Shown here piece after piece: positions 48,926-58,301 of a stretch of 64,000 bases of DNA (positions within the stretch are counted from its first letter, which is position 1; each line of letters opens with the position of its first letter). A program made the position numbers and the translations under genes. Below the pieces are notes generated by a model that was given only the letters and a program-made list of their open reading frames with translations, did not search any database and was not told the DNA's origin. Source of the stretch: Bacteroidia bacterium (GTDB taxonomy: Bacteria; Bacteroidota; Bacteroidia; UBA8524); contig JBBKVO010000040.1 of NCBI GenBank assembly GCA_037968475.1, forward strand, positions 3,126 to 67,125, read 5' to 3'.

Positions 48926-48960
48926 CCCCTCAAAGTACATTTAGTACTGTACACAATTTA

Positions 48961-49111
48961 TGTGCGGCTGTCACTCTGAGTGGAGTCGAAGAGTGTGCTG
49001 TGCGGTTGCCCGTCATTTCCATTTAAAATGGGAATCTGTGCGGAGGATGTAGTTAAAAGAGATGCCTTACGCACAAATTCCTGCCTTCGCAGGAATGACA
49101 GCCTACCGCAC
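48961..49111 (+). repeat. Composite REP/MITE-like element, right of the RM gene
   Basis: Same order of sub-elements as 45423-45590, in direct orientation. Confidence 0.75.
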
Positions 49112-49340
49112 ACAGGCGTATAGTTTGCCCCAATCAATAAAAACTCCAATTACTTTTCTATACGAACGTTCTTTGAATGAGTGGGGTGTACAGTGGCTAT
49201 TTATTTTTGGCAAAACCGCGCAAGCCCTTGTGCAGCACGTAACAAAAATAACACTGTAACAGCGTAACACTGTAACAAGGTTGTTCTTGTATTAGTATAA
49301 CCCCCTAAAGTGGCTATTGTTAAATGCTAAATGAGAAATG

Positions 49341-51569
49341 TTAAATGGCTACCGCAGTGCCTTCAACTTGCTTCTCTATAGAAGTATCGTAGGTTTCTTT
49401 AAACTCGGCAGTCATACCATAAAACTCACCATCAACCAATACTTTACCATCGTTTACTTTACCTATAATGCTATAGGCTTGGTTTGCGGCTTTCAAATCG
49501 GCCTCAATAGCAGCAAGGTCTTGCGGGCGGCAGCTAATAGCTACACGGCTTTGTCCTTCGCCAAACAAGGCTGCATCTTTGCGTAGGTTAGTATCAGTAG
49601 TAAGCTCAAAGCCCAAGTTGTTTTGCATGGCACTTTCAAGCAAGCTAATAAACAAACCACCTTCGGCAATATCGTGTGCCGATTGTACTTTGCCCGTTTG
49701 TATCAGTTTGCGCAGCGTGTTTTGCATTGCATACTCCTCGTCCAAATCGAAATAAGGGGCAGGCGAAAAGTTTTGTTTGTGCCAGTAGGCCAAGTATTGC
49801 GATGATGAAATATCGTTGTGGTTTTTGCCCAACAACACTATCGTATCGCCATCGTTTTTAAAATCAAGCGTCATTTGGCTTTCGCCTTTTTCTATAATAC
49901 CCACCATACCAATAGTTGGGGTAGGGTATACCGCCGTACCATCAATGGTTGACTGGTTGTAGAAACTTACATTACCGCCCGTTACAGGGGTTTTAAACTT
50001 GCGGCAAGCTGCACCCATACCTTTTATCGAGCCTACAAACTGCCAGTATACCTCGGGGTTGTAGGGGTTGCCAAAATTAAGGCAATTGGTTATTGCACTG
50101 GGTGTGCCGCCCGTACAGGTAATATTACGCGCAGCTTCGGCAACGGCTATGGCTGCACCCTTTTCAGGGTCGGCAAATACAAAGCGGCTGTTACAATCAA
50201 CCGTCAACGCCAGTGATTTTTCAGTGCCTTTTATTTTTACCACAGCAGCATCGCTAACGCGGTTAGTGCTTTTGTTTACCGTACCCACCATACTATCGTA
50301 TTGGTTGTATACCCAGCGTTTGCTGGCTATATTGGGGTGGCCAGCTAAAAAGAAGGCGACTTCGGTAAGGTTTTCAGGTTGTTCAACCTTGTCTATACTA
50401 TAATCAGCTATTTTAGCTAGATAAGTAGGTTCTTTATACTCGCGGTGGTATACAGGTGTGCCACCTCCCAATGCCAACGATTTGGCGGGAATATCAGCAC
50501 ACAAATCACCATCCATATAATACTGCACACGGCCTGTATCGGTTACTTCGCCAATTTGGGCAAAGGTAATATCCCATTTCTCCAACACTTTCTCCACTAC
50601 TGCTTCCATGCCTTTTTTCACAATCACCAGCATACGCTCTTGCGATTCTGAAAGAAGTATCTCCCAGTCTTTCATGCCTTGTTGGCGCATGGGTACTTTA
50701 TCCAATTCGATACGCATACCCGTGCCCGATTTCGCGCTCATTTCGGCAGTGCTACAGGTAATACCTGCTGCACCCATATCTTGCATACCTATAACTGCAT
50801 CCGTTTTTAGCAGTTCCATAGTGGCTTCAAGTATTAGTTTTTCCCAAAAAGGGTCGCCTACTTGCACGCTGGGCAAATCGTCAATAGAATCTTCTGAAAT
50901 ATCTTTTGATGCAAACGCAGCACCGTGTATACCGTCTTTACCCGTTGCCGAGCCGTATATATACACTGGGTTGCCTTTACCTTCGGCAATGGCCGAAACA
51001 GTTTTACCCACCTCAGCTATACCTACCGACATAGCGTTTACCAAGTTGTTGGTGTGGTAGCACTCGTCAAAATAAACCTCGCCGCCCACGGTGGGTATAC
51101 CAAAGGCGTTGCCATAGTTGCTAATGCCTTTTACTACGCCTTTTAGCAGCCATTTGGTGCGGTCTTCTTTAAGATTACCAAAACGCAACGAGTTGAGCTG
51201 CGCAATGGGGCGTGCGCCCATGCTAAATATATCGCGGTTAATACCGCCTACACCTGTTGCAGCACCTTGATAAGGTTCTATTGCGCTAGGGTGGTTATGA
51301 CTTTCTATTTTGAAACAAACGGCCAATCCGTCGCCAATATCAACAAGGCCTGCGTTTTCTTCGCCGGCTTCGGCAAGCATGGCAGGGCCTTCTTTGGGAA
51401 GGGTTTTTAGCCACACTATGCTGTTTTTGTAACTACAGTGTTCGCTCCACATCACACTATACACGCTTAGCTCTGTAAAGTTGGGGGTGCGACCCAGTAT
51501 TTCTTTTATCTTGTCGAACTCTTCAGGCAGTATGCCCAGTTTTTTGGCGGTTTCTACGGTAACTTCCAT
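49341..51569 (-). CDS. purL: Phosphoribosylformylglycinamidine synthase subunit PurL
   Basis: MWSEHCSYK, KIESHNHPS, QDMGAAG, LSESQERM, NCLNFGNP, GGNVSFYN. Start moved to MEVT. Confidence 0.97.
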   Translation of the reverse strand: MEVTVETAKKLGILPEEFDKIKEILGRTPNFTELSVYSVMWSEHCSYKNSIVWLKTLPKEGPAMLAEAGEENAGLVDIGDGLAVCFKIESHNHPSAIEPYQGAATGVGGINRDIFSMGARPIAQLNSLRFGNLKEDRTKWLLKGVVKGISNYGNAFGIPTVGGEVYFDECYHTNNLVNAMSVGIAEVGKTVSAIAEGKGNPVYIYGSATGKDGIHGAAFASKDISEDSIDDLPSVQVGDPFWEKLILEATMELLKTDAVIGMQDMGAAGITCSTAEMSAKSGTGMRIELDKVPMRQQGMKDWEILLSESQERMLVIVKKGMEAVVEKVLEKWDITFAQIGEVTDTGRVQYYMDGDLCADIPAKSLALGGGTPVYHREYKEPTYLAKIADYSIDKVEQPENLTEVAFFLAGHPNIASKRWVYNQYDSMVGTVNKSTNRVSDAAVVKIKGTEKSLALTVDCNSRFVFADPEKGAAIAVAEAARNITCTGGTPSAITNCLNFGNPYNPEVYWQFVGSIKGMGAACRKFKTPVTGGNVSFYNQSTIDGTAVYPTPTIGMVGIIEKGESQMTLDFKNDGDTIVLLGKNHNDISSSQYLAYWHKQNFSPAPYFDLDEEYAMQNTLRKLIQTGKVQSAHDIAEGGLFISLLESAMQNNLGFELTTDTNLRKDAALFGEGQSRVAISCRPQDLAAIEADLKAANQAYSIIGKVNDGKVLVDGEFYGMTAEFKETYDTSIEKQVEGTAVAI

Positions 51570-51590
51570 ACGGTGGTTTTTGGAAAGCTG

Positions 51591-51598
51591 CAAAGGTA
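51591..51598 (-). promoter_or_regulatory. -7 promoter box (TACCTTTG) for purL
   Basis: TAnnTTTG 21 bp upstream of ATG 51569. Confidence 0.6.
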
Positions 51599-51851
51599 GT
51601 TATTTTGTTTTTCAACTGTGGTGTTTTGCTATATGTATATCACTAATCAAAAGTAGAAACATAACTTCGTCAAGGATATAAAATTAATAAAAAACGTTAC
51701 TTAAATCTTGGTAGTAATGCTGATTGGATATTAAGGGATGAACAGGGATGGTTACCAAAACCTGAGCCTATAAAATTTGATACGAAGAAAAGATTTTTAC
51801 AATTGGTTGAACAGTAAATCAATTACAGGAATTTAGATTAATAAATTAAAA

Positions 51852-52358
51852 ATGATGAAAAAAGTTTATTTAATTATGACCGCTGTTTTCTTTTCAAGTT
51901 GCGAGCTTTTATTCCTACTTAAAGATGGGAAACCTGAAAAATCAGATTTTCAACTTTATCAAGAAGGATTTGTTAATACAACCAATATTCCTAAATTCAA
52001 TGGAATATACATTATGGAGGATAAGTGGGATGGTGAAATCTTTTACAGGTATTACAAATTTTATGATAGTGGTCAAGTGTTATATGGTAACTTTGATTTA
52101 CATAGTGATTCAGTTTCAGTTAATTTAAAGTTTTCTCAAAAAGGCTATTATCAAATGATAAAAAAGGATTTTTTAAAATTAGAGATGTTTGCTAATGGTT
52201 ATCGATTTTACTATTTTTTGGATGTAGACATAAATTCATCAGCGGACACAATCACTCTTAGAAAACAAACTATGCGTGATGGTTCAAAACAAGAGAGGCT
52301 TAATAAAAAATATGTTTTTATTAATAAAACCCTTTTAGGGGATTACCCGACGTGGTAG
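51852..52358 (+). CDS. AT-rich orphan putative lipoprotein (immunity-like)
   Basis: Lipobox FSS-C, FNGIYI...YYKFYDSGQV, markedly AT-rich. Confidence 0.72.
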   Translation: MMKKVYLIMTAVFFSSCELLFLLKDGKPEKSDFQLYQEGFVNTTNIPKFNGIYIMEDKWDGEIFYRYYKFYDSGQVLYGNFDLHSDSVSVNLKFSQKGYYQMIKKDFLKLEMFANGYRFYYFLDVDINSSADTITLRKQTMRDGSKQERLNKKYVFINKTLLGDYPTW

Positions 52359-52381
52359 GCAATGGTCAAAAATGGTCGCTA

Positions 52382-52648
52382 CCCTTGCGGGCTGTCACCC
52401 TGAGTGAAATAGGAGGGTAAGCGCGTAAGAGGAAGGAGTATGAAATATTCAATCAGAGCGGACGCTCTATTATTTTTGGCACGAGCGGACGCTCGAGCCA
52501 GCTTTAAAGCTTTATTTCAGCCTAAAGGCTTCTATTTCTTTATCAAGCGTGGTCAGTTGTGCCGCTATTTCTTTTTCAGCATTGTGTACTACGGGTATAA
52601 AAGCCAGTGTTTGTATCCCGTTTAGTTCGGGCTGTTTGGCGCGGGTTA
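52382..52648 (+). repeat. About 270-bp direct repeat, copy A (contains 47-bp repeat copy 4 at 52456-52502)
   Basis: Colinear with 53183-53455. Confidence 0.9.
52512..52648 (-). pseudogene. Duplicated 3' fragment (about 45 codons) of the AcpH-like gene
   Basis: 126/137 nt identical to 53319-53455 by manual alignment, no indels; encodes TRAKQPELNGIQTLAFIPVVHNAEKEIAAQLTTLDKEIEAFRLK*. Confidence 0.9.
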
Positions 52649-52752
52649 ATCAATAATAACAGAAGGCGGCTGAACATAAATTTTTAGCAAAAAATTAAAA
52701 AACAATGTTAGTGTTGTAAATATAACAAACCAATAATCAAAACATATATGCT

Positions 52753-53040
52753 ATGAATGATTTAAATGAACTGTTATCAAAAATTCGATTGAGATTGTCA
52801 GAATATCGGTTTCACAAAATAGGTGAAGTTACAAGTATTCATATAAATGCCATTGAAATTGCTGTTTGCTTAACAGAGTATGCATTAGAGGTTAAAAGAC
52901 CTATTAATAAGGATGAGAAAAGGTGGTTTGATGCATTATGGCAAATAACACATGTTCTTGAAAATAGTGATTGGGAAGACTTAATAGATTTATATATAAA
53001 ATTAGTTGATGAAGTCGAAAAAAATAAATTTTTCAGATAG
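52753..53040 (+). CDS. AT-rich small helical orphan protein (immunity-like)
   Basis: 95-aa ATG-started ORF, AT-rich, lying between the direct repeats. Confidence 0.68.
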   Translation: MNDLNELLSKIRLRLSEYRFHKIGEVTSIHINAIEIAVCLTEYALEVKRPINKDEKRWFDALWQITHVLENSDWEDLIDLYIKLVDEVEKNKFFR

Positions 53041-53182
53041 CCTAGTAGGTCGTGTAGCAAATTATCTCCTTAGCATAAAAATGTAAAAGAAGTTCAGAGA
53101 AATTGGAGTCTAATACTTTAACCTTATTGTTTCTTACTTTCTATTTTCAACATCAGCTTCTTATCTTTCGCCTTGAATTATC

Positions 53183-53455
53183 CCCTTGAGGGCTGTCATC
53201 CAAAGGGGATGAAGGTCGAAGGATAAGAGTGTAAGAGGAAGGAGTATGAAATATTCAATTAGAGCGGACGCTCTTTTATTTTCGGCACGAGCGGACGCTC
53301 GAGCCAGCCTTCAACATTTTATTTCAGCCTAAAGGCTTCTATTTCTTTCTCAAGTGTGGGCAGTTGCGCAGCTATTTCTTTTTCGGCATTGTGTACTACG
53401 GGTATAAAAGCCAGTGCTTGTGCCTCGTTTAGTTCGGGCTGTTTGGCACGGGTTA
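53183..53455 (+). repeat. About 270-bp direct repeat, copy B (contains 47-bp repeat copy 5 at 53262-53308)
   Basis: Colinear with 52382-52648 and includes the true 3' end of the AcpH-like gene. Confidence 0.9.
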
Positions 53456-53996
53456 CTACTCGGTTTATAGAGTATAGTAGTTTTTCGTCTATCAGATAGT
53501 ATTGAAGATACTGTGCTTCTAAAAAGCCGTTCCAAAATTTGCTAAACCTATCGCTACCATCTTTTCCGCTAAGGGCTAAAAAATCGACTACGGTTTTTAA
53601 GCTGCATTGGCGCAGGGCAGTGTAAAAATCATCCAATTTTTGCGGGTGTTGTTGTATCAATACCCTATCCAATATCAGCTCAAACAAAATATGACTTAAA
53701 AACCAAAACCGTTGTCCGTCTTTAGGGAAATTGTGTTTTACAAATAAGTCTTCTATAAAGTGGGTGCAATGACCAAAAAATGGGGTGTTATGAAAAAAGC
53801 CATCGGTAGCGTAATGTTGTTTGCTCCCTTCGTTTAGATTAAAGAAATCAGGGTTTACATCACTTCTGTGGTTTAGCGATATGTTTATGTGCTTATTTCC
53901 AGCGGCACTGCGTGCAAAATCGGGCAATACCAAGCCTGCATTGTAGTAGGGGTTATCCTTTTTATGGTCGAAATAGTAGTGGGCGAAGTAATTCAA
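53319..53996 (-). CDS. ACP phosphodiesterase (AcpH)-like protein
   Basis: MNYFAH, GLVLPDF, G.KQH..TD.FFH, HILFELILD. Confidence 0.72.
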   Translation of the reverse strand: MNYFAHYYFDHKKDNPYYNAGLVLPDFARSAAGNKHINISLNHRSDVNPDFFNLNEGSKQHYATDGFFHNTPFFGHCTHFIEDLFVKHNFPKDGQRFWFLSHILFELILDRVLIQQHPQKLDDFYTALRQCSLKTVVDFLALSGKDGSDRFSKFWNGFLEAQYLQYYLIDEKLLYSINRVVTRAKQPELNEAQALAFIPVVHNAEKEIAAQLPTLEKEIEAFRLK

Positions 53997-54088
53997 TTTT
54001 TCTTGTATAAAGTATTTAAGTAAAAAGTATAAAGTAAAGAAAACGTTTACTTCTCTTTACTTTATACCTTCTACTTTATACAGGTATC

Positions 54089-55321
54089 TTACGCTGTAGC
54101 TGTAAGTTTTTTGCGCAAGTTGGTATCCAACAGGTTCAAAAAGTCTTCGGTATACAGGTAGTTTTCAGGTTTAAGGTCTTTACCGTATATGCAAAGGGCA
54201 AGGTCTTTGGTCATGTGGCCGGCCTCTACAGTTTCAACACATACTTGCTCAAGGGCGTGGCAAAAGTTCACCAAAGCCTCGTTACCGTCCAATTTACCTC
54301 TAAATTCCAAACCACGAGTCCAAGCAAAAATACTTGCAATGGGGTTGGTGCTGGTTTTGTTTCCTTTTTGGTGTTCGCGGTAGTGGCGGGTAACTGTACC
54401 GTGGGCAGCTTCGGCTTCCATTGTTTTACCATCGGGGGTAACCAATACACTGGTCATTAAACCCAGTGAGCCAAAACCTTGTGCTACGGTATCGCTTTGT
54501 ACATCGCCATCGTAGTTTTTGCAAGCCCATACAAAATTGCCGTGCCATTTTAGCGCGCTAGCCACCATATCATCAATCAGACGGTGCTCGTAGGTAATAC
54601 CTGCTGCTTCAAACTTAGTTTTGTAGTCTGCTTGGTATATTTCTTCAAAAATATCTTTAAACCTACCGTCGTATTTTTTAAGAATGGTGTTTTTTGTGCT
54701 TAGGTATAAAGGCCAGCCTTTGGTGAGCGCTTGATTGAAGCACGAGTGTGCAAAACCGCGTATCGATTCATCGGTATTGTACATAGCCAATGCTACTCCG
54801 TCGCCTTTAAAATCGTATACATCATAGCTTTGTGGCTCGCCATTTTCAGGCGTGTAGGTAATGGTAAGTTTGCCTTTTCCTTTGGTTAAGAAATCAACTG
54901 CACGGTATTGATCGCCAAAACCATGACGGCCTACACATATAGGGGCAGTCCAGTTTGGTACCAAACGAGGTACGTTTGTACAAACTATCGGCTCGCGGAA
55001 AATAGTTCCACCCAAAATATTGCGTATAGTACCGTTAGGCGATTTCCACATACTTTTTAGGTTAAATTCCGTCATACGCTCTTCGTCAGGCGTAATGGTG
55101 GCACATTTTATACCTACGTTGTATTTGTTTACGGCGTTAGCCGCATCAATAGTTATTTGGTCGTTAGTTTCATCACGACTGGTTACGCTTAAATCGTAAT
55201 ATTTAATATCAAGGTCTAAATAGGGAAGTATTAATTTGTCTTTGATGAATGTCCAAATAATACGGGTCATTTCATCGCCATCCATTTCTACTACGGGGTT
55301 GGCTACTTTTATTTTCTCCAT
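54089..55321 (-). CDS. icd: NADP-dependent isocitrate dehydrogenase
   Basis: [52 protein letters not shown]. Confidence 0.98.
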   Translation of the reverse strand: MEKIKVANPVVEMDGDEMTRIIWTFIKDKLILPYLDLDIKYYDLSVTSRDETNDQITIDAANAVNKYNVGIKCATITPDEERMTEFNLKSMWKSPNGTIRNILGGTIFREPIVCTNVPRLVPNWTAPICVGRHGFGDQYRAVDFLTKGKGKLTITYTPENGEPQSYDVYDFKGDGVALAMYNTDESIRGFAHSCFNQALTKGWPLYLSTKNTILKKYDGRFKDIFEEIYQADYKTKFEAAGITYEHRLIDDMVASALKWHGNFVWACKNYDGDVQSDTVAQGFGSLGLMTSVLVTPDGKTMEAEAAHGTVTRHYREHQKGNKTSTNPIASIFAWTRGLEFRGKLDGNEALVNFCHALEQVCVETVEAGHMTKDLALCIYGKDLKPENYLYTEDFLNLLDTNLRKKLTATA

Positions 55322-55372
55322 ACTGTGCAGATAAATTTAAGTTGAGTGAGTTGTTTCTAAAAAATCGTTGCG

Positions 55373-55380
55373 CAAACTTA
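55373..55380 (-). promoter_or_regulatory. -7 promoter box (TAAGTTTG) for icd
   Basis: TAnnTTTG about 50 bp upstream of the ATG. Confidence 0.55.
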
Positions 55381-55529
55381 GGCTAATATGCAATTAATTC
55401 AAATAGTAACTCGTAATGAGCGTATAGGCATAAATGCCTATCTTAATTCATACAAGAAAGGTGAAAAATACTCTATTTTACCTTTAGGTATGATTAGGGT
55501 CGGGTTTCAACCCGATATTAAAATATAAT

Positions 55530-56093
55530 TTACTCCCCCGCTTCGCTATCAAAAGCTATGCGCACGCCGTTTTCTTTGGCCACTATCCACGCATCTTTAA
55601 AGCCCATTTCACGCACATCAGCCAAAAAATCTTTAGCAGTGTTTAGGTTGGTAAATCGGCCTAGGGTTAGCTTATCCGTTCCGTCAATAGTTGTTTCAGC
55701 GTGTAGTTCCTTTAGTCCGCGTTGGTATTTTTCAAGGTCAAAGTTTTTAAACGCACCTATTTGTATTTCGTAGTATATACCTGTGTTGTCGTTACTGCTT
55801 TCAATCAATAAGGTGTTTAGTCTTTGCAAGCTGTCGTTAACGCTTACAAGACTATCAAAAGCTTGTTGGTTAGCGCCTTGCTTTAAGAATGAGCTATCCA
55901 TAGATGGTGCGCCATTCATAGTAATTTTTTTAAGCGCAGGGAAACTGTCTTGCAGAAAGGGGAAATACCATATACCACCTACCACTATAATAACAAAAAC
56001 GAAAAGGAAGAAACGCCCGTTAATGCTTCTTTTCGCTTTGTTTTCGCTGCCGCCCTCAATTTCGCCGGCTATTTCAAATTTTTGCTCGCTCAT
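55530..56093 (-). CDS. Membrane-anchored SPOR-like domain protein
   Basis: N-terminal TM, YEIQIGAF...LGRF....A......REMGFKDAWIV. Confidence 0.72.
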   Translation of the reverse strand: MSEQKFEIAGEIEGGSENKAKRSINGRFFLFVFVIIVVGGIWYFPFLQDSFPALKKITMNGAPSMDSSFLKQGANQQAFDSLVSVNDSLQRLNTLLIESSNDNTGIYYEIQIGAFKNFDLEKYQRGLKELHAETTIDGTDKLTLGRFTNLNTAKDFLADVREMGFKDAWIVAKENGVRIAFDSEAGE

Positions 56094-56241
56094 AGTGCTA
56101 TTCAAACCTACGTGGTTTTGTTTTAAAAGCAAATGCCTGCTCTCCACCGTTTTGGTGCTTGTATTGTTGAAAACCTATTTACTATATTGCTAAATTATAC
56201 ACTACAATTAGTGGAACAGTTTTTGAACATTTGTTGTAACA

Positions 56242-56733
56242 ATGAAATTTTCAGCTAAAATAATAGCACTTACGCTTGTAGCCCTTGGGGCTGTGTCTTT
56301 TACGTATAAAAGTGCACCTGCCGAAGAGTTGGCTTGGCAAAATTGGAATGATGGATATAATTTGGTGAAAAAGGAAGGTAAAATTGGTCTTATAGATGTG
56401 TATACCGATTGGTGCGGATGGTGTAAAAGAATGGACAGGGATACCTACGCCAAAAAAGAGATTATTGATAAAATAAATAAAAATTTTGTTCCTATTAAAT
56501 TTAACCCCGAAAAACAAGGGGTATATTATATAGATAGTACTGCATACAGCGGCCCGCAATTGTATGCCATGCTATCAAACAGTAAATCTACAGGTTATCC
56601 AACCACTTTTTTCTTAATACCAAAAGGCGATGTAATGCACGTGCGAAGTGTGGCCGGCTACCAAGCTGCCGAAACTTTTAGCTCATCTTTGGATAAGATA
56701 ATGCAATACGCTGCCGAACTTCCCGAACGTTAA
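56242..56733 (+). CDS. Exported thioredoxin-family protein
   Basis: Signal peptide, YTDWCGWCKRMD, GYPTT. Confidence 0.88.
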   Translation: MKFSAKIIALTLVALGAVSFTYKSAPAEELAWQNWNDGYNLVKKEGKIGLIDVYTDWCGWCKRMDRDTYAKKEIIDKINKNFVPIKFNPEKQGVYYIDSTAYSGPQLYAMLSNSKSTGYPTTFFLIPKGDVMHVRSVAGYQAAETFSSSLDKIMQYAAELPER

Positions 56734-56769
56734 AATAAGTTTATCCTCTCCCCTTCTTTTTCTTTTAAG

Positions 56770-56777
56770 TATTTTTG
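56770..56777 (+). promoter_or_regulatory. -7 promoter box (TATTTTTG) for rlmD
   Basis: TAnnTTTG 25 bp before the start. Confidence 0.5.
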
Positions 56778-56802
56778 CGCCCATAAAAACTGTTGTCTGA
56801 TT

Positions 56803-58203
56803 TTGGGAGCGAATAAAATTCAATTTATAGAAAATTTAGAAATACTAACGGCAGGTGCCGAAGGTAATTGTATAGCCCGCCACGAGGATAAAGTGGTGTT
56901 TGTGCGCAACGCCGTACCCGGCGATGTAGTAAACGTGCGCATTGTAGGCAAAAAGAAACGCTTTTTAGAAGCCGAAATTACCGAGATAATTACCCCCTCA
57001 CCACAACGTATACAGCCCTTTTGCCAACACTTTGGTGCGTGTGGCGGTTGCAAGTGGCAACAAATGGACTATGCCACACAACTGCACTATAAAAACCAAG
57101 TAGTTGTTGATGCGCTAGAACGTATAGGTAAAATAGAAGTTGGGGAAGCTTTGCCCATAGCTGGCTGCGAAGAAAACAGGTTTTACCGCAACCGTATGGA
57201 CTATGCTTTTAGCAACAAACGCTGGCTTGACAAAAGCGAGATGGAGGATGAGGACAAAGGCGAAATGAATGCTTTAGGCTTTCACGTATCGGGTAGGTTT
57301 GATAAGGTGCTGGATATTGAAAAATGCTGGCTGCAAGATGATTTTGGCAATACCTTGCGCAATGGCATAAAGCAATTTGCGCTGGATAACGGTATTACTT
57401 TTTTTGATTTAAAGGAACAACATGGCGTGCTTCGCTCGCTGATAATACGTTGTAGCACACAAGGCGAGTGGATGGTGATTGTAATGTTTCACGGTAGCGA
57501 TAAAGAAGCTATGGATAGTGTGATGCAGTATATAGAAACTACTTTTCCGCAAATTACCTCGCTGTTATACGTTATTAACAACAAACGCAACGATACTATA
57601 TACGACCAAGATATATTGGTATGGAAGGGTAAAGACCACATGCTGGAAAAGTTGGGTGAGCTTACGTTTAAAATTCGCCCGAAATCATTCTTTCAAACCA
57701 ATACCCGCCAAGCAGAAACACTGTACAACATTACCAAAGATTTTGCAGGACTAACAGGCGATGAGGTAGTGTACGATTTGTATACAGGCACAGGCAGTAT
57801 AGCCAATTACCTTGCCCGCACTGCTAAAAAAGTAGTGGGTGTGGAATATGTAGAACAAGCTATTGACGATGCCCGCGAAAATGCGGAGCTAAACAATATT
57901 ACCAATACTGTTTTTTATGCCGGTGATATGAAAGACGTGCTGAACGATGATTTTATTGCCGCCAATGGCAAGCCCGACATTGTAATTACCGACCCACCAC
58001 GTGCAGGTATGCACGCTGATGTAGTGAAAAAAATATGCGAAATGGCTGCGCCTCGTGTGGTATATGTTAGCTGCAATGCTGCCACACAAGCCCGTGATTT
58101 GGATATGATGCGTGATGTATATCGTGTGGTGAAAATACAACCCGTAGATATGTTTCCGCACACTGCCCACGTAGAAAACGTGGCTTTACTAGAATTGATT
58201 TAG
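56803..58203 (+). CDS. rlmD: 23S rRNA (uracil-1939-C5)-methyltransferase
   Basis: TRAM domain, CQHFGACGGC, SFFQTN, DLYTGTG, DPPRAG, YVSCN, DMFPHTAHVE. Confidence 0.94.
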   Translation: MGANKIQFIENLEILTAGAEGNCIARHEDKVVFVRNAVPGDVVNVRIVGKKKRFLEAEITEIITPSPQRIQPFCQHFGACGGCKWQQMDYATQLHYKNQVVVDALERIGKIEVGEALPIAGCEENRFYRNRMDYAFSNKRWLDKSEMEDEDKGEMNALGFHVSGRFDKVLDIEKCWLQDDFGNTLRNGIKQFALDNGITFFDLKEQHGVLRSLIIRCSTQGEWMVIVMFHGSDKEAMDSVMQYIETTFPQITSLLYVINNKRNDTIYDQDILVWKGKDHMLEKLGELTFKIRPKSFFQTNTRQAETLYNITKDFAGLTGDEVVYDLYTGTGSIANYLARTAKKVVGVEYVEQAIDDARENAELNNITNTVFYAGDMKDVLNDDFIAANGKPDIVITDPPRAGMHADVVKKICEMAAPRVVYVSCNAATQARDLDMMRDVYRVVKIQPVDMFPHTAHVENVALLELI

Positions 58204-58230
58204 TACTATTAATCTTCCCACTTTATAAAC

Positions 58231-58272
58231 ATTCAGCCCATAAACGAACTAAAGTTCGTTTGTGGGCTGAAT
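58231..58272. repeat. Long hairpin between convergent genes (related to the 17342 palindrome)
   Basis: ATTCAGCCCATAAACGAACT-AA-AGTTCGTTTGTGGGCTGAAT; shares CAGCCCA/TGGGCTG arms and an ACT(A/T)AAGT centre with 17342-17391. Confidence 0.75.
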
Positions 58273-58301
58273 ACTTTCAGAGTATAATCTTATTCGTTTT
58301 T

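Noticed and set aside
13047-53308. 47-bp repeats as a CRISPR array
   Set aside because: The copies are dispersed over 40 kb, with no regular 30-40 bp spacers and no cas genes
51852-53308. Classical integron cassettes (attC)
   Set aside because: No intI, no convincing RYYYAAC...GTTRRRY pairing at the repeat ends, and duplication of a host gene end is not integron-like
52382-53455. Diversity-generating retroelement TR/VR pair
   Set aside because: The mismatches are not adenine-specific on either strand, and there is no reverse transcriptase in the window
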